From Thalia democratica (taxonomy: Eukaryota), in the NCBI GenBank assembly GCA_965202585.1, contig OZ241833.1, positions 35,030,001 through 35,094,000 on the forward strand: a DNA stretch of 64,000 bases. The letters are read 5' to 3'. Positions within the stretch are counted from its first letter, which is position 1; each line of letters begins with the position of its first letter. Below the pieces are notes generated by a model, which was not told where the DNA came from, did not search any database, and saw only the letters and a program-made list of their open reading frames with translations. Below are positions 24,911 to 36,727 of the stretch, in pieces. The position numbers were made by a program, and so were the translations under genes.

Positions 24911-26663
24911 TATGATAGCTTTTTGTGTCAAATTGAAATTTTACTTAATATGTTGAAATTATTAAAAATTTTAGATAAAAATAAAAATTTTTGCCTAAAT
25001 TGTCAAATTCCAGGTTTTTCTAAGTAAATTGGCAACCCTGTATAGTTTTATTTCTTAGTCTAACTAAATGACTTTTCAAAAAACAATTGGAAACATCATG
25101 AGGTGATAGTTAATATAGATAACGTACATTTTTACAAACCATTTATGATCCTAAATAACATATATGTAAGTTAAAAAAATAGTGAAAAGAATTCCGATCG
25201 TCTATGATCTATGTAAGTGTTAAATAAGAAAATATATAATTAAAAATATGTAATTTGTTGAAAGTAGGAGTCGATTTTTTTCTCTATATTTTACATAAAC
25301 ACAATAAACTTTTTTGTTTAAGTTTTACCACAGGGTCAAATATTTAACAGCAAGCTAAAATTAGTAAAATAGCAAAATAAAAAGTAAAAATTTTATGACA
25401 ACCCAAAATTTTAAAATCGCCCCCTTACTAGTTATCGCCCACCCTTTCGCCCCCTTACTAATTATCGCCCCCCGAAATACTAAAATCGCCCCCAGGGGGG
25501 CGATATCGCCCACTTTGGGAAACCCTGGTTTATATATTAAACATGACTGATAACTGTTGCACATCGTACTAAATGCAACTTTAAAAGTTGTTATAAAAAG
25601 TCTGAAGGTTTTGAAACCAAAGTAAAAACTGAAACAAAACGTAGAGTTAATCATAACGTGCAAAATTGTCAACTCTTTGCCAACAATCTTATTTTAATTT
25701 CTACCAATTTTAACAAGTTGAAATGCTTTTGAGTTTAATGGTTAGTTAGCTTTTAGTTTTGCAGATTTGAGGTTTGAAATTTGAAAGATTAAAAAAAAAA
25801 AGGAAATCAAACTTGCGCGTAGAATTAAATATTTTTAGTTAGTCGATTGTTTAATACCGATACTTTAGAATTACGTCTTGGAACTTTACTTTGTTTGTTA
25901 AAACACAAATTTATAGACAAGTCTGTGCAAGTGAATGATTTTATCCAAATTTATCGAACGAATTAACTTACCGATTATGTACAAATTACAGTACATACAT
26001 ACATACTCCCATGTGCATAGCAATACGTTTAATGTTTAAATTTTATGTATTAGATATAAAACTGAATATGTACTTATCAATTTAGCACAGATAAACAACC
26101 TTAATTGGCTTGGAAAATTAATAAAAAAACGCATAAAGCTTAGTTTATAAGTTTCAAAATATTTTTATGAACATAAACTTTTTTTTTTAGGATTTAGAAC
26201 TATGTTTTCTTTAAAAAAACTAATGCTTTATAAAAAACTTTGGTTTGTTGTTTTAAAGTTTTTGTACATAAAAGTTAATATTGTTGTCGTATATTTTTAC
26301 TACTTTTGTGTTCGTAAAATTAGCTAAATATCGAAACCTTAGCTACTATAACAGAAATTTATAGTAAAAATTTCACAAAACAGAAGTAAACTAATCAATT
26401 AAATTAAAAAACAGTTAAGTAAATTCAGACTAAAAAAAGTATTTAAAACAACAGAATGCAGTAGTAACTTTGAGTTACTTAATTTGTAAAAACTATTTTA
26501 ACCAAAATAAAAACATTTTCATAGTTATCACATATTTGTTAAAACTTCGTTGGTGGCGAGTTATTCAAATATCAAATCAGCTACGAACATGAAACAACAA
26601 AATACGTGCTGAGCTCGAACAAGATACAATCTGATAAAAAAGTGGAGGAAACAAATTGTTGCA

Positions 26664-27624
26664 ATGCAAGTCTACCTCGTCATTGGGGCGGCGTTTCTCC
26701 TTTTTGGTTCTTTGGTGGGAATCATCGTCTGTTTATGCGTTGATATATTCCCTGATGAAGAAAAAAACCGTAAACGTTTAAAACGAATAAGTTTAATTAT
26801 ACATGTTGTAACTAAAAGTCTGTTTTTATCTAAAAGTGTAAAAAAATGTTGTTTGAGTTGTTTTTTTAGTTTTTTTTTAACTTCGTACCCGTACAAAGTT
26901 GTCTTTGTTCTTAGATACTTCACTGAAACTGAAAGAAAAGCTTGAAACAAAACAGTTTAGAAGTTTCTCTGAAGATCGAAGTTTTGAGATGAACGACTTA
27001 TTACTACTTCGAAAAGTAAGTTTAATACTAATTTTGTTACTGTACTGTAATTTTACAACAAATTTAAGTAGCACTTTTTTTTTTCTTCAAAGATACTATT
27101 AAATTTCAGTTATTAAAATTCTAAAAAGAATGGCAGTTTAAAAAAAAAAAAAGGTTTTTGTCATTAAGAATATTATATTTTACAAGTATTAGTATTTTAA
27201 GCTTAATCTTTTTTTAAATGCAAAAAGTAGATTAATATTTTACTGAATCTAATTTCAGTTAAAAAAGTGAAGTAAATGCACATTAAAGCATAAAAGTTTA
27301 TTTTCTATAATTTTAAAAACATGAACATCGACACTAAACTAACTTTTATTTGTCGCTCACACTAAGCTTTATAACATTTATAAACATTTTAGAATGTTTT
27401 GGTTAAATTGCAATACAAATGTTTTGAGATATATTTAAGTAAACTTCATAATTTTTGTTACTTCAAATACTTTCTAGAAAAAGGAAGACAACAAAAAGCT
27501 AGCATCACGAGATGTGTCAATTACAATTGATAACTCAGATATAACGAGACATAAGCAACTAAAAAATAATGTAGAAAGTATTAGATTTTTGAGCAATGAG
27601 TTGCGTCCGAAAAACGACCACTAA
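26664..27624 (+). CDS. 117-aa protein with an N-terminal transmembrane anchor (exons 26664-26769, 26915-27015, 27478-27624)
   Basis: MQVYLVIGAAFLLFGSLVGIIVCLCVDIFPDEEKN-HTSLKLKEKLETKQF...LLLRK-KKEDNKKLASRDV...NDH*. Donors gtaaac and gtaagt, acceptors cttag and tttctag, phases match. Confidence 0.7.
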
Positions 27625-29365
27625 AAACTCATAAAAAGTCCATGTGAGCTTCATAATACAACTAAACAGGAAAATACAAATCATACAGAAATTCCAAGAA
27701 ATGCGCATTATCAACTTTTTAACTGTGAACTTACAAATTCAGACGATTGAAAAAACTGCATTGCTGTCAAAAATGTCTCTCTGCCTGAGACAAAAGGAAG
27801 CAATGAATTTTACGCGGTTAAAACAGTGCATCAAATTTAAATTCTTCAGAATCAAATTATCAGTATAATAAAGGTTCCACTAAACTTGAAAGTGTGTGAG
27901 AATTTTTTCTACACAAAGTAATAATGCCAACCATAAAAGTTCTTCACTTTTGATATACGTTGACACTAGTAATTGATTAGTTTTGTTTAATTTAATGTTT
28001 TGAGTTATTTGGTAAATACCAACCGTGGTTAAAATTTAATGAGATGTAATCAAAACAGCAGCATTTTTAATACATTTAAAACCATTCTACAATGTTGCTT
28101 TAGATTATAAAACTAATTTTAAGTTAACTTTTTTAATAAAAAATTATTAATCTTGATAACTTGTTCTATAGAAAAAGTTTTTTAATAAACTTTATTTGAA
28201 ATTTAAGCGATTTTTTAATTAATATGAGCATATCTTATTGTTTCTAATTGGAACTTTTTTCTTTATTCTAACAGCTTAATACTTAATAAAGTTAATTTAG
28301 GTTTTTTTAAAGTGTCAAACATTTAAGTATTTATAATCATTTAAGAATAGAAAATAAATATGTATAAACTTAAAATTATAAAGTAAAAAAATTAAAACTA
28401 CCTTAACTGTTTGCTTAATTTTTTCATTTTCTTTTTAATATTGATTTGTGCTTTTTAAAGTTGTTGTAGAACAATTGTTAAACAGTCGTCTTCATTTCGT
28501 GATATTAAATCAGAGCGAAAATGTGCTTGCAAATTTATAAGAGTTGACGACTGTAAAACCTTTATAAAAACTCGTTTTATAAACTATTTTATTTATTTTT
28601 AAATAAATGAACGTTAACAATTTTTCTAAGTATTTAGCTTACTTAAAATGGTTAAAAGGAATACAAAAACTAACATTGTTTGACATAAAAACAAGTTGCT
28701 AAGCTTAAATTGTAAACGAATGTAATTTGTATTCATTTGTTTAAAAGTATTTGACGCCGGTAATCTGAACTGTGAACTTTTATTGATTCGTTAAACTGTT
28801 TTTAGTTCGAAGAAAAACGTTTCCTTATTAATATTCCGAAATTTATCAAAACTTGTTTTAAGTTTCATATTGAATAACTATAAAAACTAAGAAAGTAATA
28901 ATTTAACCTTGTAGTTTAAATTTATTTTTCGAATTAATTAGTTTTTTTATATGCTAATAAAAGTATACAGTCATTGAATTGTATTGTAAATTGGCCTATT
29001 CAAATTAATTACAATAAAATTCAAAGGTACAGTTTAAAGAATGAATTAAGCAGAAGAAATCAAATGTAGAACTAAATCAAGCTTTTATATTATATCGATA
29101 TTTTTTTTATATCTGTCAATGAATGCGGTTAATTTAAAATCAAATTTCAGCACCTGCTTTTTTATACAAAATCAGTCACCTTTGTAATAAAACTTAAAAA
29201 GCTATCAAAACAAAAGGTCAGGTGAGAATTTTCGATGAAAATTTTCATTATTTCGCTTTAAAATCGTACAAGATACAAAACGCATCTATGCGTTAAACAA
29301 AGTTTAATTTGTTTTGGCTAAAATACAAACTGAAAGTGATATACTTCAAACTGTAAAGATGTCCA

Positions 29366-29791
29366 TTTTTTGATAAGTTAAACTAGTATATGACTTTCGA
29401 CGTGTAATTAGCTTGTTTAAACCCAACTAACTTAGATATTTGCGGTTTCTATTAAGTTTTTATTCTAATATGATTATAAGGAGACCTTATAAACCTTAGC
29501 ATAAAATTTTATTAAAGTCTTAACGTTTAATTAATATGATAACAACTTAATGAAACTAAACCAATATTAGTTATAGACTTTTTTGATAAATTAAACTAGT
29601 ATATGACTTTCGACGTATAATTAGCTTGTTTAAACCCAACTAACTTAGATCTTTGCGGTTTCTATTAAGTTTTTATTCTAATATGATTATAAGGAGACCT
29701 TATAAACCTTAGCATAAAATTTTATTAAAGTCTTAACGTTTAATTAATATGATAACAACTTAATGAAACTAAACCAATATTAGTTATAGAC
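29366..29791. repeat. Near-perfect 213-bp tandem duplication (2 copies)
   Basis: aactagtatatgactttcgacg at 29381 and 29594; the rest is nearly identical. Confidence 0.92.
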
Positions 29792-30220
29792 TTTATAAGC
29801 TATATCGTTGAAATGACAATACATGTGTACTTAATAAAAAAAATAGACTATTCTTAATAAAGTGTCGTACATCTGTGTACAATGAAATATTTTAATAGTG
29901 TTATAATAAGAAGTACAACAATGTTTTACCTCTTAGTGTTTACACAACACTTTAAATCACTTAGTACATTTCTTAAGTTGTTATAGGTTTACATAAATGT
30001 ATTTTTTATATGCCTGTTTACCAACGGCTACGCAAAAGTTTTTACAATAACAGGTCAAATCCAGGCATCTGTCACTAACTTTAAGGACTACTTACTTAGA
30101 ATAACGAAAAACTTTTAACAAAACAATAGAACTATACGTCCTCATTTGATCAGCTTTCAGATTTAAGATCATACACTTTAATGCAACCCTATAAAACACT
30201 AAGCAACGCTTTAAAAATTT

Positions 30221-30295
30221 GAGTATGATTGCGATATACTGTGAGGTGATAGTTGTATCGTTGGGATCTACTGTGATGTGATAGTTGTATTGATG
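30221..30295. repeat. 32-bp minisatellite, ~2 units
   Basis: Consensus actgtgatgtgatagttgtattgttgcgatat. Confidence 0.8.
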
Positions 30296-30632
30296 CTGCA
30301 ATTTATTACTTAGACTATATCTAATCAATGATATGTATATTGTAACATATAGAATTAAAAGTATCAGTTGGTGAATACTAACAAAATAATAATAAATAAA
30401 TAGCTTTTCTGTTATTATAATAGCTTTATTTTTTATGAAGATTGTCTATTCAGCTAACTTCTCGCATTGTTAATACTTGTTTTATTACGTTGGTTATTTT
30501 GTATTAGTGAGTTTACGTTTTAGCTATCATTTTTGACCATAATAGTACTCAAAGAAATGGGCCATGTATTAGGCAGAATAGTTGGCCTTTAAATAGACTT
30601 TGCATAGTTTTAAGAAATTGTCAATTACTAGA

Positions 30633-30749
30633 TATCAAGTAGGAGTTAGCTACCAAGTAGGAATTAGCTGACAAGTAGGAGTTACCTACAAAAAATTAGT
30701 TAGCTACCAAGTAGCAGATACCTACCAGGTAGCACTTAGCTACCTAGTA
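30633..30749. repeat. 18-bp minisatellite, ~6 units
   Basis: Consensus agttagctaccaagtagg. Confidence 0.85.
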
Positions 30750-31039
30750 TTTACACAACACTTTAAAACACTTGGCTCTTTTTAAAAGTTGTTATAGGTT
30801 TACATTTATGTATTTCTTAAACGCCTGGTTACCAATAATAACGCAAAAGTTTTTAAAATAACGGGTCAAATCCAGTCTTCTTTCACTAACTAAAAGGACT
30901 ACTTACTTAGAATAAGAAAAAACTTTTAACAAAACAATAGAAATATACTTTCTCATTCGATCAAGTTTCAGATTTAAGATCATAAACTTCAATGCAACTT
31001 TATAAACGACTAAGCAACGGTATAAACCTTTGAGTGTGA

Positions 31040-31295
31040 TTGCGATTAACTGTGATGTAATAGTTGTATTGTTTCGATATACTGTGATGTTATAGTTGTG
31101 TTGTTGCGGTATACTGTGATGCAATAGTTTTATTGTTGCGATCTACTGTGATGTGATAGTTGCAACATTGCGATATACTGTGATGTGATAGTTGTAACAT
31201 TGCGATCTACTGTGATGTGATAGTTGTATTGTTCCGATCTACTGTGATGTGATAGTTGCATCATTGCGGTCTACTATGATGTGGTAGTTATATTT
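31040..31295. repeat. 32-bp minisatellite, ~8 units
   Basis: Same 32-bp consensus, tandem with no spacers. Confidence 0.9.
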
Positions 31296-31624
31296 ATGCT
31301 GAAATTTATAATTTAGAAAATATCTAATCAATTATATGCATATTGTAAAATATAAAATTATAAGAATCAGTTGGTGAATACTTATAAAATGATGTTAAAT
31401 AAATATATTTTCTTTTATTATTATTATTAAGTTTTGCATGAAGATTATTTATTCAGATAACTTCTCTGTTTGTTAATACTTGTTTTGTTAATACCGTCGG
31501 TTATTTTGTATTGGTGATTTTATTATTTAGCCAACATTTGTGTGTCTATTAGTACTCAAAGAAATAGGCCATGAAGAATATTTGGCCTTTTATTAAACTT
31601 TGCATAATTTAAAAATATTTCAAT

Positions 31625-32305
31625 TGTTAGTTACCAAATATTTGTTGACTATCAAGTAGGAGTTAGCTTCTAAGTAGGATAAGGTACCAAGAAGGATTTA
31701 GCTACAAAGTATGAGTTAGCTAATAAGTAGAAGTTAGCTGCTAAGTACGAGTTAGCAACCAAGTAGGAGTCAACTACAAAGTATTTGTTTGTTACCAAGT
31801 TCGAGCTAGCTACCAAGTATAAGTCAGCTACCAAGTATGAGTTATCTACCAAGTAGTAGTTAGCTACCTGGTAGTAGATAGCTACCAATTAGGAGTCAGC
31901 CTTCTAGTAGGTGTTAGCTACCAAGTATTATTTAGCTATTTAATATGAGTTAGCTACTAACTATGAGTTAATTACCCAGTATTAGTAAGCTACAAGGTAG
32001 GAGTTAGCTGGAAAAAAATAGAATAGCTACCAATCATTAGTTAGCTACCAAGTCGGAGTTAGCTACTAAGTAGGAGTTAGCTATCAAATAGGAGTTAGCA
32101 ACCAAGTAGAGTTAGCTACCAAGTAGGAAATACGTACTAAGTAGGAGTTAGCTACCATGTATAAGTTAGATACCATGTATAAGTTAGGTACGAAGTAGAA
32201 GCTAGCTACTAAGTAGAAGATAGCTATCAAATGTGAGTTATATACAAATAATTAGTTAGCTGCAAAGTAGCAGTTAACTACCGGGTAGCACTTAGCTACC
32301 AAGTA
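31625..32305. repeat. 18-bp minisatellite, ~37 units
   Basis: Tandem agttagctaccaagtagg variants; the minus strand reads SYLVAN repeats in parts. Confidence 0.92.
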
Positions 32306-32604
32306 TTTACACAACACTTTAAAAAACTTGGTACTTTTTATAAGTTGTTATAGATTTATATTTATGTATTTCTTAAATGCATGGCTACCAATGGTAACGC
32401 AAAAGTTTTTACAATAACGGGTCAAATCCAGGCATCTGTCACTAACTAAAATGACTACTTACTTAGAATAAGAAAAAACTTCTAACAAAACAATAGAACT
32501 AACTATACGTTCTTACTTGATTAGTTTTTAGATTTAAGATCATAAACTTTAATATAACTCTATAAAAGACTAAGCAACGGTATAAATCTTTTTGTATGAT
32601 TGCG

Positions 32605-33145
32605 ATTAAGTGTGATGTAGTAGTTACGTTGTTCCAATCTACTGTGATGTGATAGTTGTATTGTTGCGATATACTGTGATGTGATAGTTGTATTGTTGTG
32701 ATATACTGTGATGTGATAGTTGTATTGTTCCAATCTAATGTGATGTGATAGTTGTATTGTTGCGATATACTGTGATGTGATAGTTGTATTGTTGTGATAT
32801 ACTGTGATGTGGAAGTTGTATTGTTGTGATATACTATGATGTGATAGTTGTATTGTTGCGATCTACTGTGATGTGGTAGTTGTATTGTTGTGATAAACTG
32901 TGATGTGGTAGTTGTATTGTTGTGATATACTGTGATGTGGTAGTTATATAGTTGTGATATACTTTGATGTGATAGTTGTGTTGTTGCGATCTACTGTGAT
33001 GTGGTAGTTGTAAAATTGCGATCTACTGTGATGTGAAAGTTGTGTTGTTGCGATATATTGTGATGTGATAGTTGTATTGTTACGGTATACTGTGATGTGA
33101 TAGCTATAACATTTTGATCTACTTTAATTTGATAGTTGTATTTAT
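32605..33145. repeat. 32-bp minisatellite, ~16 units
   Basis: Same 32-bp consensus, tandem with no spacers. Confidence 0.92.
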
Positions 33146-34700
33146 GCTGAAATTTATAATTTAGAAAGTATTTAATCAATGATATGTATATTGTAAAATA
33201 TAAAGTTAAAATGATGAGTTGGTGACTACTTACAAAATGATAGTAAATAAATAGCTCTTCTGTTATTATTTTCTAATCTTTGCATGAAAATTATTTATTC
33301 AGATAACTTCTCTCTTTGTTAATACTTGTTTTGTTAATACCGTTAGTTATTTTGTATTGGTGACTTTATTATTTAGCCAACATTTGTGAGCCTAGTAGTA
33401 CTCAAAGAAATGGGCCATGTACTAGGCAGAATAGATGGCCTTTTATTAACTTGTTCAATAATTTATTTCACTTATAAACGTTTTTGCAAAAAAAAAAGTA
33501 AAACAAACAGTTAAATAACATGTAGTATAAAAATTAATTAAGTTTAAATTTCGTTGGTTTTTTATTATTTTATACTTTACTATAATCATTTTTTTAATAG
33601 GTGTTTATTTCTTTTCTTAGACACCGAATTTTACAGCTTTTAAAATACGAGCATTAACTTAGTTCGATAAGCATTTTTTGACATTTAAAAAATGTCCAAA
33701 CTTTAGATCAAATCAATTTCCTTATCATTAGAGCTAACAAAGATTTCTTTATTCTAAAGAACGTTTCTTTGCCTTTAATTTAAAAAGATCTGTTGTGATT
33801 GGTGTTTGACTTTTTGAGTAGGGCTTTTTAAAAAATGTTTTTTGGATATCTTAACTTCAACTGATGTTTTAGCCAGCAAAAGAGTTTATTTTTATCATCT
33901 TAATTTTTCTAACAAGTTTCTAATAATTAATAGTATATACAAATATGCCCGATTGCAAATTTTAAAGACCCTCAATTTTCTAACGGTCACTATAGCAAAA
34001 AAAAAATATATATTTTCAAAAAGTTTTATTTTACACTTAATTATTACTATTTTAAAAGGTCTACGCTTTTTTTTAATCTAAACTGTTTTTATTTAAGACA
34101 TTACTCATGCACGTTTTACTAAAATTATCATTATTTTCATGTGAAATGCCTCATATTTCTTTTATGAGGGACTTAATGTTCAAACGAACAACTTAGAATA
34201 CATTAACAACGCAATACTAGTATTTAGTTAACTATTTTTTGTTTTAGTTTTAAGAAAACAAATAAAGAGATCTCAAGTACTAATGGAGAAATAAATTCAT
34301 TTAGTTAGTTATGTAAATTATGAACTGTATGTAGTTATTTAGTTGTTTTTTGTGGAAAGTTTAAACATAAATAAAGTTAAAACATTAGACATACAACAAA
34401 AGAACTAGTACATTATTTAAAAAATTTCCAAAAGTATAACATTTTTAAATTGTTGTGAAAGTAAGTAAATTCTTAAAATATTTATTAATAATCAATGAAA
34501 ATCAACATCTTTTGCTATAAGAGGCATATAACTTGGAAACAAAGTATTGTTTTTAAATGCAAATAGAAAAAGTTAGGGGTTCTAAATACTAACAATTAAA
34601 GTATAGAGTTAACAAGTCACATTATATTCTGAGATTTCTAAAATTAAGTTTAAAATATTGTTAATATTTTTAAAATAATATAACGGTAGGAAAAATAAAG

Positions 34701-34944
34701 TTAGTATTCACAAATAAAGTAACGCGAGCGATCAGGATTGTTCCAAACGGTGTTTATGTGAAAGTTATTGTAGAAGTGTCAGTACAAAAAATTATGGCTG
34801 TCGAGGCTTTTTGGAAAATTAGGTGACCAATCATTCACATTTAGCTGAGTTCCGTCACCGCTTCTTTTCCAAACATTTTTCTCGTCTCTTCTGGCTCCCG
34901 TGTGGTAGTGAGTGTAGGGAAAATCCATCAGCGCTGACAACTCA
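34701..34944 (-). pseudogene. Terminal exon of a C-type lectin-like gene with an internal TGA
   Basis: After ttttcag| it reads ELSALMDFPYTHYHTGARRDEKNVWKRSGDGTQLNVNDWSPNFPKSLDSHNFLY*HFYNNFHINTVWNNPDRSRYFICEY*. The W..SGDGT..N..DW.P..P, W.N and YFICE motifs are CTLD-like. TGA at 34779-34781, natural TAA at 34701-34703. Confidence 0.7.
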
Positions 34945-36727
34945 CTGAAAATTTTCATTAAACACAAAACTAGTTTATATATTGTTCAATGGTAAACTCA
35001 AGCTTTTGCAAAGTTTGATAAAAATTTTACTAAACCCTGTTTAGCTTGCTTACTTTAAGTTTAAGTTAAAAAAATATATTTCACGAATTCCTATGTACTA
35101 TTGTACTATGGATTGGAAGATGAAAGAGTTTAAATTTCAACAACTGCTTTTGATGGAAAAATCAATCAAAAACAAAACAAATTTTTTTTTTTGGTTTTCG
35201 AAAACTGTTTACTAAATAATCGCATACGTGTCGTTTCAAATGTTAGTGAGTATCTTGGTATTACTATTTTCGATATCTTTCTAACAGTACCAAGTATACG
35301 TTATTGATTCAAACTTCTTGGTTTCAAAATTGTTTTCCTTTAAGGTGTTACGTCTGCTTACAAATTGTGTTGTAAGCTTTTTATTAATTGACAAAATTGC
35401 ATATTTTTTATTGGAAAAATATAATTTGCTATACGATGATAAAGAGCTATGTTACAAGACAAATAAATAAATAACTAATTTATTAGATATTTTTAGGTAG
35501 TAGTTTTAAATACAAAGGTATTTTTAAAAGATATAGTTTATATTTATCTCAAAAGTATACGTTTTTACCTTATTTTCATAGAAAGTTGTCATTTATTTTT
35601 TGTTAACATGATTAGCAATCAAATGTATTTCTATTTTGACAAAAGTGCTTGATATTTAACAATAATTCTACAAACTATTTTTGCTAGCTTAAAGCTTGTC
35701 TGAAAACTCAAAAGTTAAATAAGCTTGTATTAGCTTGTAAATATGGAATGCTTCAAAAAAAAATTGCGTGAACTTACAATTACGAGATATAAATAAAACC
35801 TACTTTAAAATTATGTTTCAGCATGATGACAGAAAAATAAATGGTTTTATTCAAAAACCTTACATAGTACACATTTTAACGTTAGAGCAAGGTGTTAGAA
35901 AAACCCAGTAACATAATTAATTAGTCAGTTTAAGCATAAACTTATTGTGGGCTTTTAATTAAATTTTGTGTTCATACTTTATTAGATTCCTTTATTGATA
36001 ACTAAATTTGAACAATGTTTTTAGCATCTAACTATTTTTCAGTGAAATTTAAATTTTTAATTTTAAATTGGTTGTACGTTGAATATATCTACAGAATTAA
36101 AATATAATCGATGTTTATTTATTATATATTATTTATATATTTATACTTATTTTTAATTTCCATTTCAATACATACTCAACACTTTTCTGTCGTCAATCTT
36201 TAAATAATTTTAACTATCCTTATTTTTATAAGTATTTTTTTAATAGTTCTACAGCGACGATTTATTGTAAAAGACCAAAAATTATCAAAGCAGATTAATA
36301 ACCTGATTGGTTTACAAAAAATGTTTTTATGCAACTACAGAAATTTGCACTCAATTAAAATGTTTGTTTTTTATGTATTAATGCTTCCCATTTGCAACAA
36401 CAAATGAGTTTTAAAAATTCTTCTGATTTATTTCTTTATCATTTTAAAAACTAATTACTGCTGAGGCAGTTTCTAAAACTAGTTTTACGTTAAGTTACTA
36501 GCTATTCCACTAGTTTTTTGTTTTAAAAATAATTTCGTTCAACTTAATATTTAATATTAATCAGAACTGTCCTGAAGGTTTATTAATTCTTTACATAGCT
36601 GAGTAAATGAACATTATTACTAACTTTAATAAAATAAAACTATTAAAATTTATATAAACTCTTGTTACATACAAAAAACACAACAACTTTTCAAATCACG
36701 TTTTATTAAACGATAGTGACGTCACAA

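Larger units (their letters stand above)
22277..25527 (-). mobile_element. Non-autonomous hAT element, 3251 bp, copy 1
   Basis: TIR CAGGGTTTCCCAAA at both ends; perfect 8-bp TSD gtttatat (22269-22276, 25528-25535); subterminal atcgccccc repeats; transposase remnant inside. Confidence 0.92.
29939..33450. repeat. Three tandem copies of a composite unit (starts ~29939, 30750, 32306) carrying expandable minisatellites
   Basis: tttacacaacacttta...ggtcaaatccag...gatttaagatcata...tcagttggtga...agtactcaaagaaat(g/a)ggccatg occurs three times; lengths differ by minisatellite copy number. Confidence 0.9.

Noticed and set aside
26752-26761. Second CTGATGA hammerhead core
   Set aside because: It lies in a coding exon (PDEE), with no stem II, GAAA or stem I pairing.
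26664-27102. Unspliced 93-aa ORF and overlapping minus-strand ORFs
   Set aside because: The ORF runs into a T-rich intron; the spliced model fits better.
30100-30200. Kelch/WD40-like I(K/E)VYDLKSE motif in the triplicated unit
   Set aside because: It is followed by a stop in all three copies (TGA, TGA, TAA) and is too short to assign.
31960-31985. SL1 spliced-leader-like string (gttaattacccagt)
   Set aside because: It is a variant of the 18-bp minisatellite, with no donor site or Sm-binding site following.
32605-33145. CRISPR array (32-bp repeats)
   Set aside because: Repeats are head-to-tail with no unique spacers, there are no cas genes, and the context is eukaryotic.
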